From Calcarisporiella thermophila CBS 279.70 (Eukaryota > Fungi > Calcarisporiellomycota): a stretch of 64,000 nt of DNA. The stretch is from the NCBI RefSeq assembly GCF_041956535.1, contig NW_027192204.1:304530-368529 (forward strand). Reading direction: 5' to 3'. The notes beneath the pieces were generated by a model. The model was given only the letters and a program-made list of their open reading frames with translations, made no database searches and was not told the DNA's origin. Each line of letters starts with the position of its first letter. Positions within the stretch are counted from its first letter, which is position 1. Below, piece after piece: positions 37,596 to 52,194 of the stretch. The position numbers and the translations under genes are program-made.

Positions 37596-38075
37596 CTAAA
37601 ACAACGTCAAATAACCTGTACCAAGTACCGACCCTGCTAACACTATATAAGCGCTCTTATAAACTCCAGGCACCGTCAGAGACCTTCCCGTATCCCATAC
37701 CAAATGCCGAATTCCATTGAGAGAGTGGAAGCAGAATGGGAAGGCCAACGCGAATTTGCCAGCAGTCTTCAAGCCAGCCGGAATCTGGGATGCCATCTCT
37801 GCAAGAGTTTCTGAGCTGATTTCAGCACCCACAAGGGGGCCAACTCCATAAGCGATGGCAACTCCGTAGAGACCAGTAGCGAGGGCTGCACCTGTAACAC
37901 GATGTGTGATGGATAATGTCCAAGTGAGTTGAGGTTTGTAGATCATCCATGGGGAGAGAGGGCGCTGCTTTTTCCTCTGCTCTGCCTCTGTGTGCAGGAC
38001 GCGGATACTGGGAGTAGCGCGTTGGAGAGCGGGAGTGAGTGTACCAAGACGAATTAGGGAGCGAGTAGCCAGCAT
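37596..38075 (-). CDS. SDH3: Succinate dehydrogenase cytochrome b560 subunit
   Basis: Mitochondrial presequence-like N-terminus, RPLSPWMIYKPQLTW.LSITHRVTG, FHSLNGIRHLVWD. Confidence 0.95.
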   Translation of the reverse strand: MLATRSLIRLGTLTPALQRATPSIRVLHTEAEQRKKQRPLSPWMIYKPQLTWTLSITHRVTGAALATGLYGVAIAYGVGPLVGAEISSETLAEMASQIPAGLKTAGKFALAFPFCFHSLNGIRHLVWDTGRSLTVPGVYKSAYIVLAGSVLGTGYLTLF

Positions 38076-38419
38076 CCTGAGTAAAACCAGAAAAAATGAG
38101 CAAATAGGTCTGTATAGAATGGAAAGAGCAAGCGGATCGGAACACGGAAGAAGAATGCGGGCAAGACCCGATCACGCCCTCTATGCATAAAAGAGCCATG
38201 GCATCTAATTTTATTTCCTTACCTTTGGCAATTGTTTAAGTTGAGATTCGACCGGGGCAAGGAAAACAAGTGGAAGACCCGAGAGCTCGCGAAATGACGG
38301 AACGCCGGGTGGCTTATGCTAAAGCCCCAATCCCACCAATTTAAGAAAGCCCACGTGACGTGTAGGAAGGGCCTTAGTTTTTTCGCTCCCTAGAATTGCT
38401 TGCACTCAGCATTTTCGAC

Positions 38420-38923
38420 ATGGGGAAGGGTAAGAGCTTCTCGCCCTTGGTGATAATGATACGAGGTGAACGCTAATATAGCTCGCATTCTGTAGCATTC
38501 CCTGTATATTTAGAGGGTGATAGTATTTACACCTGCAACAAATGTCACACGCACCTCGCGGCTCACGAGGATATAATATCCAAGGTTCGTAGTATCAACC
38601 TCCCCCCTCCCTCCCCGCTTTTCTGTTTATTCTGTCATCTCATAAATATCTGCCTCATCTACTTGCTCCATTTTTAGTCCTTTCACGGGCGTCATGGTCG
38701 TGCCTATCTCTTCAATGCAGTAGCCAACCACACCGTCGGAACAATTGAAGATCGCATTTTAACCACAGGTGTCCATTCAGTTGCCGATATATATTGTAAA
38801 GTGTGTAATAATATGATTGGCTGGAAGTACATTCGGGCCTCGGAAGAGAGCCAAAAGTATAAAGAAGGAAAGTTCATAATAGAGAAAGCCCGGATTGTGA
38901 AGGAGAACAGCTGGGAGGATTGA
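38420..38923 (+). CDS. Yippee-family (YPEL/Moh1) zinc-binding protein, 3 exons (absent from the ORF track)
   Basis: [65 protein letters not shown]. Confidence 0.94.
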
Positions 38924-39594
38924 GGGAGATTTGACTTTCCTGCTAAAGCTTCGCATTATTATGTTGATTTTTCCACTCTTCTAGTTCTTTTTTTTTTCTT
39001 GACTTTTCTTTTTTATTCCTCCACGAGTGTATATAATAACTTTCAACTCCTCCAGTATTATATTGTTTGTTGTTTTTTGTTTCTTCTATTCGATCCTGCA
39101 CAGTTTCATTGCAAATACTTGCTTTTTCAGTGAATAAACCTAAGAATTTGTGTATTGTTCAATGGCTCCTATGGCTGCACTCGGTCGGCATATAGGAAGG
39201 GATGGAAGATACAGCGAAAGGGACCTAATTGAAAACAAATGCTATCCTTATTCTAGCTTGGTCGGGAGGTATTGCACTGTTTACGTGTTTACTCGATTAC
39301 ATCTTATTGAATGGATGACTAGAATAGACTCTGTTTATTATTTTATCGCGAATATTAAGATACTCCTCTACTACATGTCCAAGCCAAAAAAAACAAAAGG
39401 GAAAGAGAAGGGAAATATATAGCATTGAATAAATTGTTTTTGAGATGCAATAAACTACAGTGCTATGGAGTAGCGGAAAATACCGCCTTTTTTGTTAACT
39501 ATTAAAAGGAATGCAAATATGAACAATTGTCTTATTAGGGATATAAAGATATGTTGTTGCTCATTCAACCCAAAAAGGCCTTATTTAACTGGCA

Positions 39595-39798
39595 TCATAG
39601 ACTTAGAGATTGCGTGGAATTCGAGAGATATAGCATCCATTCTGCACGAATTTCTGGCCGTTTGTAGGTTGGAAGGTGTGGACAACATACATAAGAGCAA
39701 GGTGTGTTTGGCCGTGAAGGAGCAATAGGGTAGGGCGTCGCACGCTGTGAAGGTGAGTTTGGACGGGTAGGTGAAACTGGATAGGGCCCGCGAAGCAT
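39595..39798 (-). CDS. Candidate small Pro-rich protein (67 aa)
   Basis: ATG in AAAATG context, internal peptide repeat, GC-richer than flanks. Confidence 0.35.
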   Translation of the reverse strand: MLRGPYPVSPTRPNSPSQRATPYPIAPSRPNTPCSYVCCPHLPTYKRPEIRAEWMLYLSNSTQSLSL

Positions 39799-40386
39799 TT
39801 TATATAGTCGTCTTTGAGAGGTCAGTAAAATAAGAGCACTTCGGTGGAATCGATAAAGAGTTGCAAAAAAATTCCACAGGTTAGGAAAATAAAAGAATAA
39901 AAACGGACGGTTGACTTTTCGCCTGAAGACTACAGCTATTTATAAGCATCTCTTTGTCAAATTGGTCTCGAAAGTAACAAACAAAACTGAGCCATCTATG
40001 CAAGAAAACAATGGAGCAACTTTGTGCGGGATTTGTTCACTTGCATCCGCCTGTTTTAATGGACTGATAGCTGCCAACTTTTTAATAACTTCCCGTTTTA
40101 TAAGGTGGTGGTGCACGTACGCCCAAAGATTGGCCTAGAAAAATTTTTAAGAGCTCCTAGATACCAGTGTTAGTATTTGGAATTTAATCAGGGGGTAATA
40201 ATATTTATATATATCCTACACTGTCACTTATTCGGAATGAGCGCCATATTTTGAAGGGAAAAAAAAAATGCTAAGAGAAACAGAGAGTTTATTTTATTAA
40301 AAGGCAATCGCGAAGATATGGCTAGAGTTCGATATTTAAAAGTCACTGTGCTGATGAGTTAATAGTCTTAATAATGTTGTTGCAGA

Positions 40387-40755
40387 ATGCTTCTCTGCTC
40401 TAGTTTTTACTTTATCCTAGTGCTTCTCTTTTCGCCGCTGATTCAATGCCAGGACCCAGCTCCCAAACAGCTCATGGTCCCCTCCATTTACGCTTCCACC
40501 CAAGCCAATGCTGCTTCTGCCCTGATCTACGAGGCGCTTTTCGCCAAACCCAGGCCGCCTCTTTCGCAAATAGCACCGCGGTTGCGCGGTGCTATCTTGG
40601 CCGCCATCTTCACTCTCCGGCAGGCTGACATGCGGATCGGCAAGGGAGCGGAGAAGGGGTGGAGCTCCGGCATGAATGCTGCATTGGTGGAGGTGCAGGC
40701 TGCCGAAAGGGCAGTGGAGGCGGTTCGATTTGCTCTGAGCTCATATCAAGACTAG
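40387..40755 (+). CDS. Small putative secreted Ala-rich protein (122 aa)
   Basis: Signal-peptide-like N-terminus (..LLFSPLIQC-QD), coding-like GC against AT-rich flanks. Confidence 0.65.
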   Translation: MLLCSSFYFILVLLFSPLIQCQDPAPKQLMVPSIYASTQANAASALIYEALFAKPRPPLSQIAPRLRGAILAAIFTLRQADMRIGKGAEKGWSSGMNAALVEVQAAERAVEAVRFALSSYQD

Positions 40756-41233
40756 GAACGCCGTTGTAGCGTTAGCATGGTTGGCGATTTTTACATATTT
40801 GTTGGGACATAAGTGTGCTTGCATCCACCCCCATTTTCTCTATGCACACGGCGTTCCGCTTCATCTCGTTGATTCGGACGTTGTATCTCACCAATTTATG
40901 CAATCTTGCGAAATAATAAAGCAAAATGGACAGCTACCATAAGGAGAAGATGGGGTATCCTTATTCGGCTTAAATGGAATCGATTCATACATCTCTGGAT
41001 GCAGTGCGGGCCTTTCGCATGAGGTATCATAATTACCTTTTGCTCTCTTGTCCACCCATACTATGGGGAACCTACGCAAGTCCCGAAGTAGGCCAAGAAA
41101 ATAATGGAAAAAAGATACGCCTACGGTTCAAAATGGAGAGTTTTATTTTGTTTGATATATACAGTTCGAAGATCTACATTTTCAAAAGGAAAATAAAAAA
41201 TAAAAAATAAAATAAAATAACAATAAAAAAAAT

Positions 41234-42988
<1,755 letters not shown>

Positions 42989-43171
42989 TCAAAATTCAAA
43001 TCGCTGGATCCACAAGCAAAAAGTCCCAGTGTTTACGGTAACTGAGTTATAACGTCATCAAACATATCATTATATTGAATTTTATGTTACGTCAAATTTC
43101 ATTCAGTTTCTTGTTTTTTTCACAAGCCCACCGATTGGGAGTTAGTTTAGCGATTAACGCGCATCGAGATC

Positions 43172-43970
43172 ATGGACGATGAATTAGAAGCCATCAGAGC
43201 GAGACGACTCGCGGAACTGCAAAATATGCAGGGAGTAGGTGTTTGCTTTCTACACAGCGCTAGCGGCGATATGTCCATTAATCTTTTTATTCTTGGTATT
43301 TTTGAATTGAACATTAGCAGGCCCGTCCCGGTGGCAACCCAGGAGCACCCAACTCACAAGGCGGGGACGATGCGGAGAAAAAACGGTCAGTTTAGTTTTC
43401 AGTCTTCCCAGGGAAAGTTTTATTCATTTAATTAACCCAATGCTGATTTAGTCAAATGGAGGAAATGCGACAGACTATGGTAGATTCGATAGTGAATTTT
43501 GGAGAATCGCTGTAGGATAATATTAGTGACCTTAATTCTCTCTATTATAATTACAGCTTATTCAGATTCTAGATAATGAGGCGCGTGAAAGACGTAGATA
43601 TTTGCTCTTCCTTGCTCCATTCTCTCTATTCTATGTATTAACGCATTTCTTTCGAATCTGTTTCATAGTCGGTCGGATTCAAATGGTCAAGGCTGATAAA
43701 GCTCGCGCTGTCGAGGATCTCCTTATTCGCATGGCTCAAACTGGCCAGCTTCGGGGCAAAGTGAATGAGTCGCAGCTCATCGACTTGCTTCAGCAGATTA
43801 ATGACCAGCAGCATAAAAGCCAAACTAACAAGATTGTCGTAAGTATCCTGTTACTACTGTACACTTGGCCTGTTACGCGCATTTACATTATTTTCTTCTT
43901 TCTCTCTCTGTACTTGGGATAGTATAATCGTCGGAGATTCGATGACGATGAGGATGAATTCGATCTGTAG
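43172..43970 (+). CDS. PDCD5: Programmed cell death protein 5 / Sdd2, 6 exons
   Basis: MDDELEAIRARRLAEL, QILDNEARERL.RI.MVK..KARAVED.LIRMA..GQL. Confidence 0.93.
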
Positions 43971-44986
43971 TTATCTCTGCTCTTTTTATTTTCCAGTATA
44001 CTCTTAATGAACTTTGGTCCTCTATTTCGGATTGTTATTTTTTTTTTCATCTAATATCATGCCTGACATCTTTTATCTTCCATCTCTTAATGCGAAGAAA
44101 ATGTTACCAACGGAGGTAGTCAGAGCTTAAGTCCTTACTGGATTGATATGTTGCCGCATTGCAATATATGATCAACTCCGTAAAGAAATCAGCTTTATCT
44201 CTCAAGCAGGAGAAAAATGTCTTTTGCTTTCAAAACAATGAACACATGCTCCTGGTAGAATTAGTTCATCGTTCTGCAAAACAAAACAATCTGTTTCAGA
44301 TATTTCGCTCTTGCAAGTGTATTTAGAACCGACATTGTGTATCAAAAGCAACGTATGTTCTGATAGCCTTGCGATGTGGTAAAGAACAACACCCAGTTGG
44401 CTTTGACCCACTGCGTATTTATAGTGTAAATATTTGGAGTGGCTTAGAATGCTTGAGCATGTCCACCTGTTTTTGTTCACGAGAGGTAGAGGTCGAAATT
44501 CCATACAATTCTTTCCACGTTATTTATTGTATATTTAATGTCTTAACAACACGGTGAAGAGTAAATTATGCTAGGTCATTTGGGAAAATGAAGGGATTTC
44601 ATGTTACTAAATAAATCTACAAACGTAATAATAATAGAATAAAGAGAAAAAATAAAAAAAAAAGAGTATCCTAGGGCAGATCGTAAAACTATCCGTGATA
44701 TATATAATTATATATATAGTAGAAAGAAACGAAAGTATTGATGACATAGGTGGGAGGAGGGGTGAAAGGGAAGAAATACTAAGATAGGAAGGGGACTCTC
44801 ACATAATACAACATGAAGGAAGGAAGTTAGGAAGGGAGGGGAAAATAAAAAACAGGGGTGAAGAAGTAACAAAAATTCGATTAGACTATAAAGTTATCTA
44901 TTTCCGGTACAAGTAAACATGGAAGGTATCGCATTTCAATATTATATATAATGAATAGAAAAGCAGAGATATAGTTACTAAGATAA

Positions 44987-47900
44987 TCAGTTGACGACTA
45001 ACGGGTTTACTTGCAGCCGTTGCAGGAGCCAAGCGGCAACGCGAGGATGGCCTTGCAGGAACTGGAACAGCAACACCGCAAGCATTATCAATAACAAGGG
45101 AGCCCAGAAGAGGAGCAGTCGCTTATCGTTCAGGCGTAGGAGAGAGCGCTCCTCTCTAACCGTGGTGGCCTGCTTATCCTCAGCATCGGAAGCAGGGCTT
45201 TCATAGGCAGCAGGGCTATGGAGGGCATGCGTAGATTCCAGGCTGCATCCTGTTCGGTTGGATGATGATGGGTTAACACTTGTAGAGGGGTTGGAGGTAG
45301 GGCGCCGCAAGGATGCGTTTGTGGTGGGCGAAGAATAATATGCCGGGCTTGCTCCCCCGTTCCTCACGGCTTTCAAGCTTCGATCCTGAAGTTCATCCGC
45401 ACTGGAGCATGCCGTAGCTTCACTGAACTTCCCGGCATCAACATCTGCACTGTATCCATCCCACTCTTTGCCCCATTTTCCATCGTCTGCAACGGGTCTT
45501 CGCTCTCCGCTCGGCCTTCTCGTTCCTGTTCCACTGTTGCCTCGGGCGAATCTCCTGCCACCTAAGTTGGCCGGCAAGTTAAATGGTAGACTAGGGAAAC
45601 TGGGGAGGCTTGCCTGCGCCGCAACAATGCTCTGCCAGGGAACGTTGAACGACGTTTGTTTGATATTCGGCATATGCAGGTGGGGAATCGAGGAGGTGTT
45701 CAGGTGGGAGAGCGTCTTTTGAAGCCAGGCAGTGGCAGCAGCCACGTCCACAAACGCCTGCTTCTTCTTCTCCGCCACCGATTCTTCGACCGACATGGAT
45801 TTGGAAATGTTAACGTCCGCTACGGGCTGAATTCCAGCAGTTTCGACATTTTCCAAAATTAGCCCCCCCTCCTCTCCCTCCACTTCTCCCGTGACGTCGC
45901 TCTCGTAGGATAAGTCTCCAATGTCAGAGGGCTCGCTTTCCGAATAGTCTAAATCCTCCTCTTCGTCGAACTCCTCGTCCCACTCCGAGTCGTCCTCCTC
46001 ATCGCTTGACACTGCCATAATATCGTTCTGAGTTGGCGGCGAACCATTCGGGGAGAGGATCCGACTATCTTGTTCACGCAATATCGCCACAATCTCGTGG
46101 AAGCAGCGCGACCTTGCCAAGTCAATTGGCATCTGCTTGCCCTCGTTTTTGACCTCCACCTTGGCTCCCCCATCGACGAGAATCCGCACGATAGACTTGT
46201 GCCCCATCCACGCCGCGTAATGTAAAGGGGTGAAGCCATTGCGGTCTTTCACATTAATCCGCGCACCCAAATCTTGTACGAGTGCCCTGGCCAGCCGCTC
46301 GAGATTTAATACTGCGCAGAAATGTAGCATCGTGTGCTTGCGGCGGTTGCGAAGTGAGACGTCCAGTGAATAAGGAGTTGAGTAGGAGCGAGCCGAGAAG
46401 AGCGCATGCAATATATTCGTCTCACAGCGATGGCGGTCTCTAGTTCCGGACGAAGAAACACTGCGTCCAGTGCCACCACTGCCGTCAGAGGGATCCAGCA
46501 GTCCTCTACCAAGGCCAAAATCGTGGCCAGAGCTTACAATCCGCATGGCAATCTCGCGTGCATTCTCCATCCGCCCAGTCAACTTCACATTGAGTACCTG
46601 CAAAGCCAACTCCATCAGCTGGCGGTCGGTGGATTCATCTTTGTAAGTGAAGAACAGCGACTGGCTTGTGTCTGCGAGCGTGAGGGGATGCTCTTTGAAC
46701 GAGACGATCACTGGACCAGGCATCGGGGAGGGCGGGAGCAAGCAAACAATGGTGCCCGGACCCCAAATTTGAGTCGAGAAAGAGGGGGTCTCGCCAAATA
46801 AACAGGTCAGCCCCTGATAGAATCCAGAGCCCAATATGGTCACCTCGATTCCGCCAAGAAGCGGACCTTCGTCAGGGATCAGCTTACTTATGACGGGGGC
46901 TGGAATCGGATGTGATAGCAAATCGCGCGGATCCACCTGCAAGGGATTGATGTAGGGGGTGGGAGATGTCTGGATCGATGCAGACTGCGCAGGGGCAACC
47001 ATTCCTGCTGCAACACGAGATCCGCGCCGTTGTCCCTCCGATAGGTGTCGTCGCTGGGAGGTTCTCTTCTGTTGTAGCAATTGATGCTGTTGTTGGTGCT
47101 GCTGTAGCTGTTGGGATTGAGGCAGATTGAAAGTCACCCCGTTAACGTAGGAATATGGTGACCCACGCTGATACAACAAATGTGAATTTCGTGATCGAAT
47201 TTGCTGTACAGGGGGAGATGTAGACTGCTGTAGCTGTGACTGCTGCTGCTGGTCGGCTTGCTCCAGCTGTGAGGCTATCGAGGAGGGAGGAGAGTTTTGA
47301 TGCCCGTGCGTGGATCCTGGGCTGCCGGGGCCGAATCCGGAGCTCTCAAACATTGTTCCACCCGATTCAGAGAGGGGCGTCATCAGGGTCAGTGAACTAG
47401 GGGAGAGCGGAGAGACAGGACTCAACATGACCTGGGGCGACATGGGAGTGTTGGGTGTGGCAGGCCCACTAATGGCCTCGGGTTTGATTGTAGAGGGGGT
47501 ATCGTGAATGGGAGGAGAGTAGTTCTGCTCGGACGCTCGGACCCTTCGTCTCTGCTTCCTGTGCTCTTTCTCTTTACCGCTCCGGGAGCTCTTGTGGTCG
47601 TCTGTGATCAGAATGGGGGGGGAGGTGCCTCTGGCCACAATTCTCCCCAGATGATCCCGCAGTTGGAATGAGATTATGAACCCAACCTTTTCATTGTGAT
47701 GCCGGCAATAGCAGGTGATGCGAGTAGGGAGGATGATTTCTCCGGATTCGAAAGGGACCACTTCTGGACAATTGAAAAGGAGGATGCGCTGCTGTTCATA
47801 GGCCAGGAGGGATTCTTCATCCATGTTCTGGAACTTATCGGGAGCAGCATCGGGTTTGGGCGGACGAGGTTTCTTGCGCTGGGCTCGCTTACGTTCTCGC

Positions 47901-48872
47901 CGCACGCAGCCAACGCAAGTAACGACTTTCTTGGCAACGCCCGAAGCACACAATACTGCCGCTTCCATAGTAAGAATCCCCTTCTCTCCGAGGGGTGATT
48001 GCATTTGCTTCGCATTTTTCGAGTGCTTCAAGGTAAGCTTCTGTTTTGCAATCATGATCTCGGGAAGTTTGATATGCGTCCAAGAACCATCCACCTTCTC
48101 GCCCTTATCGTTGGCCAAATGGATCGCTAGCTTTGTCTGAGTCTCCACACGTGACTTTGCTCCTTGTTGTGGCACACCAAGAACACGAATTTGCAGGCTA
48201 TTAAGAGAGGAAAATATGAGCTGGACAAAGGGAATGAGTGAAAACGTGGTGCGACTTACATCTTGTGGTTTAAGTCCGAAACGTTACTATTGATTGCATC
48301 CAAATAGGAGGGATTTGATGCAGCTGTTTCTTTTGTGCTATTAGATTAATATAAAAAAAAAGCTGTCAATATAAAATAAAATACACCAAAATTTATTCCC
48401 CAAATTACCTTTCCAAATTTTCGAAATCTAGATAATCCGAGTAGTTTTTATTTTCGGCTGATGTACCAGGTATCAGATCGTCATACTAGATTACGGGAAG
48501 TTAGAGAACGATCATATTAGCAGCATTACTGAATAGCTGCGATCCCACCTGGTTGTAACTTCTCGAATATCCTGACTCGATGGGCCAAGGCGATCCAACT
48601 GATGACGAAGCGAGCGAGTGGGATGCTGACATGTTATAGTAGTTTGCTTCCCCAAGCATTATATCTCTTCCCTGCAGATCATCACTGTCGTCCTCCTCTC
48701 CATAATCCCCCTCATCGCTCAAGTCTGCATCCATAGGCATGGAGCTTTCTAGGCCCTCATCAGATGTTACCTCGTGATTCTCCACGATAAAGATTGCTTT
48801 TGTTTTTGATTCGTCTGTGTCTTGTTGGAGCGCAGTGCCCACATCGAGATCCAGTGAAGTCTCCCCGGGCAT
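44987..48872 (-). CDS. Spt23/Mga2-like membrane-bound transcription factor (IPT/TIG, ankyrin, C-terminal TM)
   Basis: KSRVETQ, CVRRERKR, RITCYCRHHNEK, ITDDHK, IPT KLIPDEGPLLGGIEVTILG, ankyrin GFTPLHYAA, DKRLLLFW-TM. Confidence 0.92.
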
Positions 48873-49826
48873 TGCTCTTGGAGAGTAAATTAGGCAAGAA
48901 AATTGAATGAATGGAAATTTAAAGGCCCAAGAAATTCTTTTGTGAAATTGGGCTGAAAAATAAAAGATGAAAAAGAATGATAAATAGCAGTACTTTCAAG
49001 AATATTAAATGATGGTAGCAATTGATTATTTAATGAGTTGAGAAATAAAAGCCGTTCTTACAAAACAAAGTAGGAGTCAGCCAGTCATAAGTTTAAATTG
49101 ACTAAGCCACACAGAGATGTAGCCAAGAGTTAAAATAAAACGTGGAAAAAAAATGTGGGGAGGAGGGGACCGAGTGGGGGTTTTGACTCCCTTTGTTTCG
49201 GAAATGCTCGACTTAGGTGACAGGATCACTGATGGGCAAGAAATCTTTAGAAAACGAATGGATTCCTTTAACTGAGCATAAGCGTGTGGATTGACTAAGC
49301 ATTTTTGTTTCCATAACAAATAGTTTAGACCTTAAAATAGCCGTATTCGTTTCTCGATTGAATTTTTCGTTAAAAGTCCCTTCCAATACAAATATTCTGC
49401 TTCTCAACGCTACTTTCAATCAGCTCGTGCTTTAAGAAAGAGATTGTCAGAAATGGAGGTACAAGCAGATGGGGAGTACGTCCAAGGTCTTAACTAGACG
49501 TCCACATGTCCTCCCATTGTCAGATTCCCCAACTAAGAGGAAAAACTTTAGAGTTTTACATAGAATTCCACTTCGTCGTGTTTACCTTTTCCTTCACTCA
49601 CATTAAAACCAGAACAGACTTATCAAATATAAAGTGAGGGTAAAACGACACACACACAAAAAAGAAGAAACATTCACATCTATCTACAGGTATAAAAAAT
49701 AAAATAGCATTGAGCCAGGGGAAACAATAAAAGGCAGCCATATGTGTAAATATAGTTAGCAATTGTAGCCCCTATGAGTTTTTGCGAGAATATTTTTTCA
49801 AAGGCGGGAGTCTATTTCTCAATACT

Positions 49827-50087
49827 CTAGCGGTTGTCATTTCCGGTTAGACGGGTATGCTCATCTTCTTCGAAATGTCTGTCAATTAGGTGAAAATTTT
49901 TTAAGCACTATTAGTTTGAACGTTATATTTATCTGTTATCCAAATTACCCTGCAGTGCCCTCTTCCTCTTCAGCATCGTCTTGTGACCTACGTTGCCGTT
50001 GCAAAGGACGTGATGCAGCCGCAGTAGTAGATGTAGGAGGAGCTCCTGTTGCTGACTGTTGTTGGAGTTGTGGTCGATGAGGTTGGG

Positions 50088-50118
<31 letters not shown>

Positions 50119-52003
50119 TTGTTGTTGTTGTTGTTGCTGGGTTTGTTCTGCTGCATCTACCCACTCTCCATCGCTCTCCTCATCATCATCTCCTCCCAAA
50201 TCAAATATAGCGTGCCCATCGTCCTGTGCTCCGCCAGGACCTGTTTTCCTGGCCTCAGGGCCAATTACAATAGCTTCGGCCGCCCTTAAAGCCTCTCCCA
50301 AATCCATTACTTCGCCGGCCTCCTCATCTTGGCTCACCTGATCTAGCCCGTATCTTCTATTCTCTCCAGTGGGTCGCCACATCACCACAATTGCTGCGAA
50401 CACCACAAAATATAACAAATTCATCCACCCGTCAAGCAATAACCACCGCCATTGCCAATGGCGAGCTGGCCAGTCTAAACTCGAGGCGCGAACCGAGAAC
50501 TGTGCGAGATTGATGACAAAAAATCCGCATATAGTGATAACGCTGAAGAGAAGCAACCCCCATAGTCGACGATACATTTGCACCTTGATGTGCTGTCTGC
50601 GCAATTCGCACACGGCCATTGTGGTCTTAATGGCTTGGAGAGTCCAGACATAGAACGTCGTGAGAGTCATGGAGAGAGGGAAAATTACTAGCAGGACAAG
50701 CAAGCCCGCAGTATCGGGGGGAAGCAGCATCGTCCCGATGTCATAGATGACCCCGAAAATGAAGTGAGCTATCGCCAAGTAGGTGCACTTTTTCATTGCT
50801 TTTCCGAGCGAAGGTCTACGAGAGAATTGAGTTAGAAAATTTGGCCAACTCGCATGAATACAATCAAATAAAAAGCTTACTTTACAACACTGTAGCCGAG
50901 ACATACGATTAAAAGCATAAAGAAGGAAAGGCTGTTTTTACCAGCATTTAATATTGCCACGAAGGCGAGCAGTATCCAGGCTGGTTTAAAAATGATATTT
51001 TTAGCGTCGAAAGGGGTAGCTACGTTGCAATAAGTCGTGAAAACTTACATGATCGTCCATATATGTTATAGTCGTACCAATAAAAGAAGTTGAAAGCATG
51101 CTGAATGACGAGAAAGACTATCACTGCCGCAATGTATTTCTATCAAGCGTCGGGTTAAGAATAGATTTCCAGACGAGCAAATCTGATGGAGAAAACCAAC
51201 CTGGACAGGGAGAATCTCACCCCAATATCTATACATTTGTACAAACCAGAATACCCCCACTAGCAGATATACCACCGTTTGCACCGCATAGAACTATTAA
51301 GATAAAATATAATTTAGCATTTTCAACCACGATGGGAACGCAAATTCTTGATCATATGCACCCCAAGTTTGGGAAACTCAACGGCTGGCAGTTCGCCGAA
51401 GGCTTGTTGCCAGTGTATAATCAAATCATAAGAACCGGGCAGCGAGGCATCGGGTTTTGCAGCGAATACACAATAATATCCCGTCACATTGACAGGGTAA
51501 TCTAGTTTTCTTTCCGCCTCTGGGGTCGTTTCTGAGAGTTGGAATTTCTTCGTTACGATGCTTTCGCCTCCAGGTCCATCCTTTTGGATGATAAAATCGC
51601 CTCGTGATTCCGATTTACAGTAGCCGAAGGATATGGCCTCTTCGTCGCATATATAATAAGCAATCGGGCCAAAAGGCTCGGTAGAGCGATAGCCTAACTT
51701 GGAGAAGTCTCTCCATTCGAAGATGGCTATGCTCACGGCCCCTCGAGATTCAGGGGTGAAAGTAAGATTGATGCCTGTGGGACGGCTGCCGGGAGCAGAG
51801 GCCCACATTCCGGAACACTGTGGAGAAAAGCTATAATCATCGTCTGAAGTCTAGAAAGGGGAGGGGAAATGGAATGGCGGAGAGGATTAAGTTAAGGGCG
51901 GAGAAGTAGAGAAAAGCAGCTAGGCGATTACCAAATGCACTGTGTCGGCGGAGACATTTCCGCAGAAGAGCGCGATGAATAGGATAATAAAAGCCAAGCG
52001 CAT
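49827..52003 (-). CDS. Ptm1/TMEM87-like (lung seven-transmembrane receptor family) protein
   Basis: Signal peptide MRLAFIILFIAL, luminal YPVNVTGYYCV..FGELPAVEFPKL, LGYSVVKPSLG, WQWRWLLLDGW, MWRPTGENRRY. Confidence 0.9.
50089..50139 (-). repeat. CAA/CAG trinucleotide tract encoding Q17
   Basis: 17 consecutive CAA/CAG codons in the Ptm1-like cytosolic tail. Confidence 0.95.
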
Positions 52004-52194
52004 GATTTTTTTTGCCCCTAATAAGACGCTCGCGCAACGTGGAAGAGAAAGTCAGCGGCAGACGCAATAGAAAAAAATTAGGGGCAGATGGAAGAAAAAT
52101 TTCTGATATTCAATGCGAATGAAATAAAGGTGCTGTGACTTTGCTTCTCTCGTTAGGTTCCAGTTATTTTCGATTCAAAAACTTGACGATTGGT

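Noticed and set aside
44202-44557. Short ORFs between PDCD5 and the SPT23-like gene
   Set aside because: Non-ATG starts and no coding signature
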